The notes under the pieces were generated by a model. The model ran no database searches. It saw only the letters and a list, made by a program, of their open reading frames with translations, and was not told the DNA's origin. DNA of 64,000 nt from Cyanophora paradoxa CCMP329 (Eukaryota > Plantae > Glaucophyta): assembly GCA_004431415.1 (NCBI GenBank), contig QPMI01000549.1:1-64000 (forward strand), written 5' to 3'. The position numbers were made by a program, and so were the translations under genes. Positions 62,413 through 64,000 of the stretch are shown in pieces; position 1 is the stretch's first letter, and every line of letters begins with the position of its first letter.

Positions 62413-64000
62413 ATGCGGCCGGGGTCGCAGCGTTCCTCGCGGGGCGCTTCTCCCTCGCTCGTGTCCACGGGCGCCTTCCGCTCGGACTTCGAGCCCCGGG
62501 AGGTCAATCCGCGATGGCACGAGACGCGCACGGCGGAGGAGGTCGCGCTCGCCCGCCGGGCGTACAAGATCGTCAACAAGAACCCCACGCCCGCCAGCGC
62601 CCGTGCGCCCGCCGCCGCCCCGCCCCGCTCGCCCCCCCGCGACCCGCGGCGCTGACCGGGCGCTAGGCCTGCCGCCTGAGGGCGTGCGGCCCGGGACCAC
62701 GGCGACAGGCCGCCGGCCGACGAACATCAACGCGCTGAGCATGCCGGGCCCGGGCGGGGCGCGGCGGCCCCACTCGATGGGGACGACGGGCGTGACGGCC
62801 GAGTCGATCGGGTGGTCCCCCAGCACCACATTCCCCATACCCCTCGTCGCCCAGAGCCTCCCCCAGGGCGCCCTCCGCCCCTCCACGTCCATCGGCCTCT
62901 CCTCCGTCGCCCTCGCCGCCGCCGCGCCCCCCTCCGGCCCCCCGCTCCCGTACCCCGCCACGCGCTTCGGGGGCGTCCTCACGCCGGCGGACATGGCGAA
63001 CGAAGTGGCGCTGCGGGAGCTCGCCATCAAGGCCCAGCGCATGGCCGACCGCCTCCAGGGCCTCGAGTCCGCCTCCGAGGTCCGTACCCCTGCTCCCTTC
63101 CCCCCCCCCGGCGCCCCTACCCCGCCCCTCACGGCCGCGCCCGCCGGCAGGCGATGCGGGAGGCGGGGCTGGCGTCGTCGGGCAACACGAGCAAGGCGGC
63201 GCCCGAGTGGGCCGACCGCCTCAACAGCACCTTCGGCAACATCAGCAGGCGCGCCCTCCCTTCTTGTACCAAAACACACGTTGAAGTGAACGCGCCCTCC
63301 CCCCCCGCAGCGCGCTGGACAACCTGCACACGGTGTTCTTCGCGGACGAGGCGCGCCGCAGGGAGAGGGCCGTGGTCACCATCCAGGCCTACACCCGCGG
63401 CTTCCTCGTCCGCCTGCGCCGCCGCCGCGCTCTCGAGGCCATCCGCTCCTGGCGCCGCCGCCAGCTCGCAGCCCTCCAGGGGCCCATCGCCGACTGGCTC
63501 CGCCACCGCGAGGCGCGCCCGTACCCCCGCCGCCCCCCCCCGCGCCCGCCGCCCCCTTCTGACGGTGGTGCAGGTGGTGCACACGAAGATGGGGCTGATG
63601 CGGGGCCGGCGGTCGCGGCGGCTGCTGCGGGCGGCGCTGACGGCGTGGTCGCGCTGGACGCGCGCCGTCGCCCCCGTCCGCAACGAGTGCCGCCGCAACG
63701 CCTTCGTCCTCATCCAGGTGCCCCCCCGCCCGCGGAGCGCCCGCCCGCTCCGCGCCAGCAGCGACGGGGCCCTTCGAGCGTTGACGCGCCTGCGCGAGCA
63801 GAAGCGGACGCGGGAGAGGACGACGCTGGTCTTCCGGCGCTGGTTCGAGGTGGCGACGGGCCCCCGCAACAGGCACCGCATGCTCGAGGCCTACCGCCAG
63901 CGCCACTCCCGGTCCGCTTGCTTAGCCCGGGCCTGAGTGTAGGCCTCAGCCGCCGGGGCCGACTGGCGGGGCGCGTGCAGGGCGGAGGCGCGGCTGCGGG
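62413..64000 (+). CDS. IQ-motif protein with Sfi1-like Trp-containing helical repeats (runs off the window)
   Basis: IQ motif TIQAYTRGFLVR; repeats LLRAALTAWSRW, TTLVFRRWFE, EAIRSWRR; introns splice in frame. Confidence 0.55.

Overview
High-GC eukaryotic nuclear DNA with dense, short (~55-130 nt) spliceosomal introns, so most long ORFs in the supplied track are GC-rich shadows and genes had to be rebuilt exon by exon. Three genes begin with Phe-containing plastid transit peptides and no ER signal (MAFVAP..., MSGAFVGS..., MDAAFAV...), and flagellar-type genes are present. This points to a flagellated primary-plastid alga, most likely a glaucophyte such as Cyanophora (inference). In order: (i) a lower-GC multi-exon gene of unknown function with tandem repeats; (ii) an ~8 kb head-to-tail duplication (3886-12178 / 12176-20183) carrying a type I membrane protein gene and the 3' half of an ankyrin gene; (iii) the ankyrin gene, a DUF829/TMEM53 hydrolase and a plastid-targeted leuC with 5 GC-AG introns out of 12; (iv) an accessory cluster (about 28.8-50.2 kb) of three mosaic paralogues with the architecture Cys motif - TPR - coiled coil - (CCCH) - RING-H2 - Pro-rich tail ending in a near-invariant RPTRPY...RPTRPYDPFNRG motif, plus a degenerate fourth tail and an enclosed Cys-rich secreted-protein gene; (v) a head-to-head pair of plastid genes (a cyanobacterial-type TPR protein and a TolA-like AEAKA-repeat protein); (vi) an ARMC3-like ARM-EDR1 protein fused to a KY/Cyk3-type transglutaminase-like domain, with Ser at the nucleophile-Cys position of both domains, divergent from an IQ/Sfi1-like gene. 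The best candidate for an undescribed system is the recombining TPR-RING E3 ligase family. Scattered 1-bp homopolymer indels suggest long-read consensus errors, and many gene boundaries are approximate.
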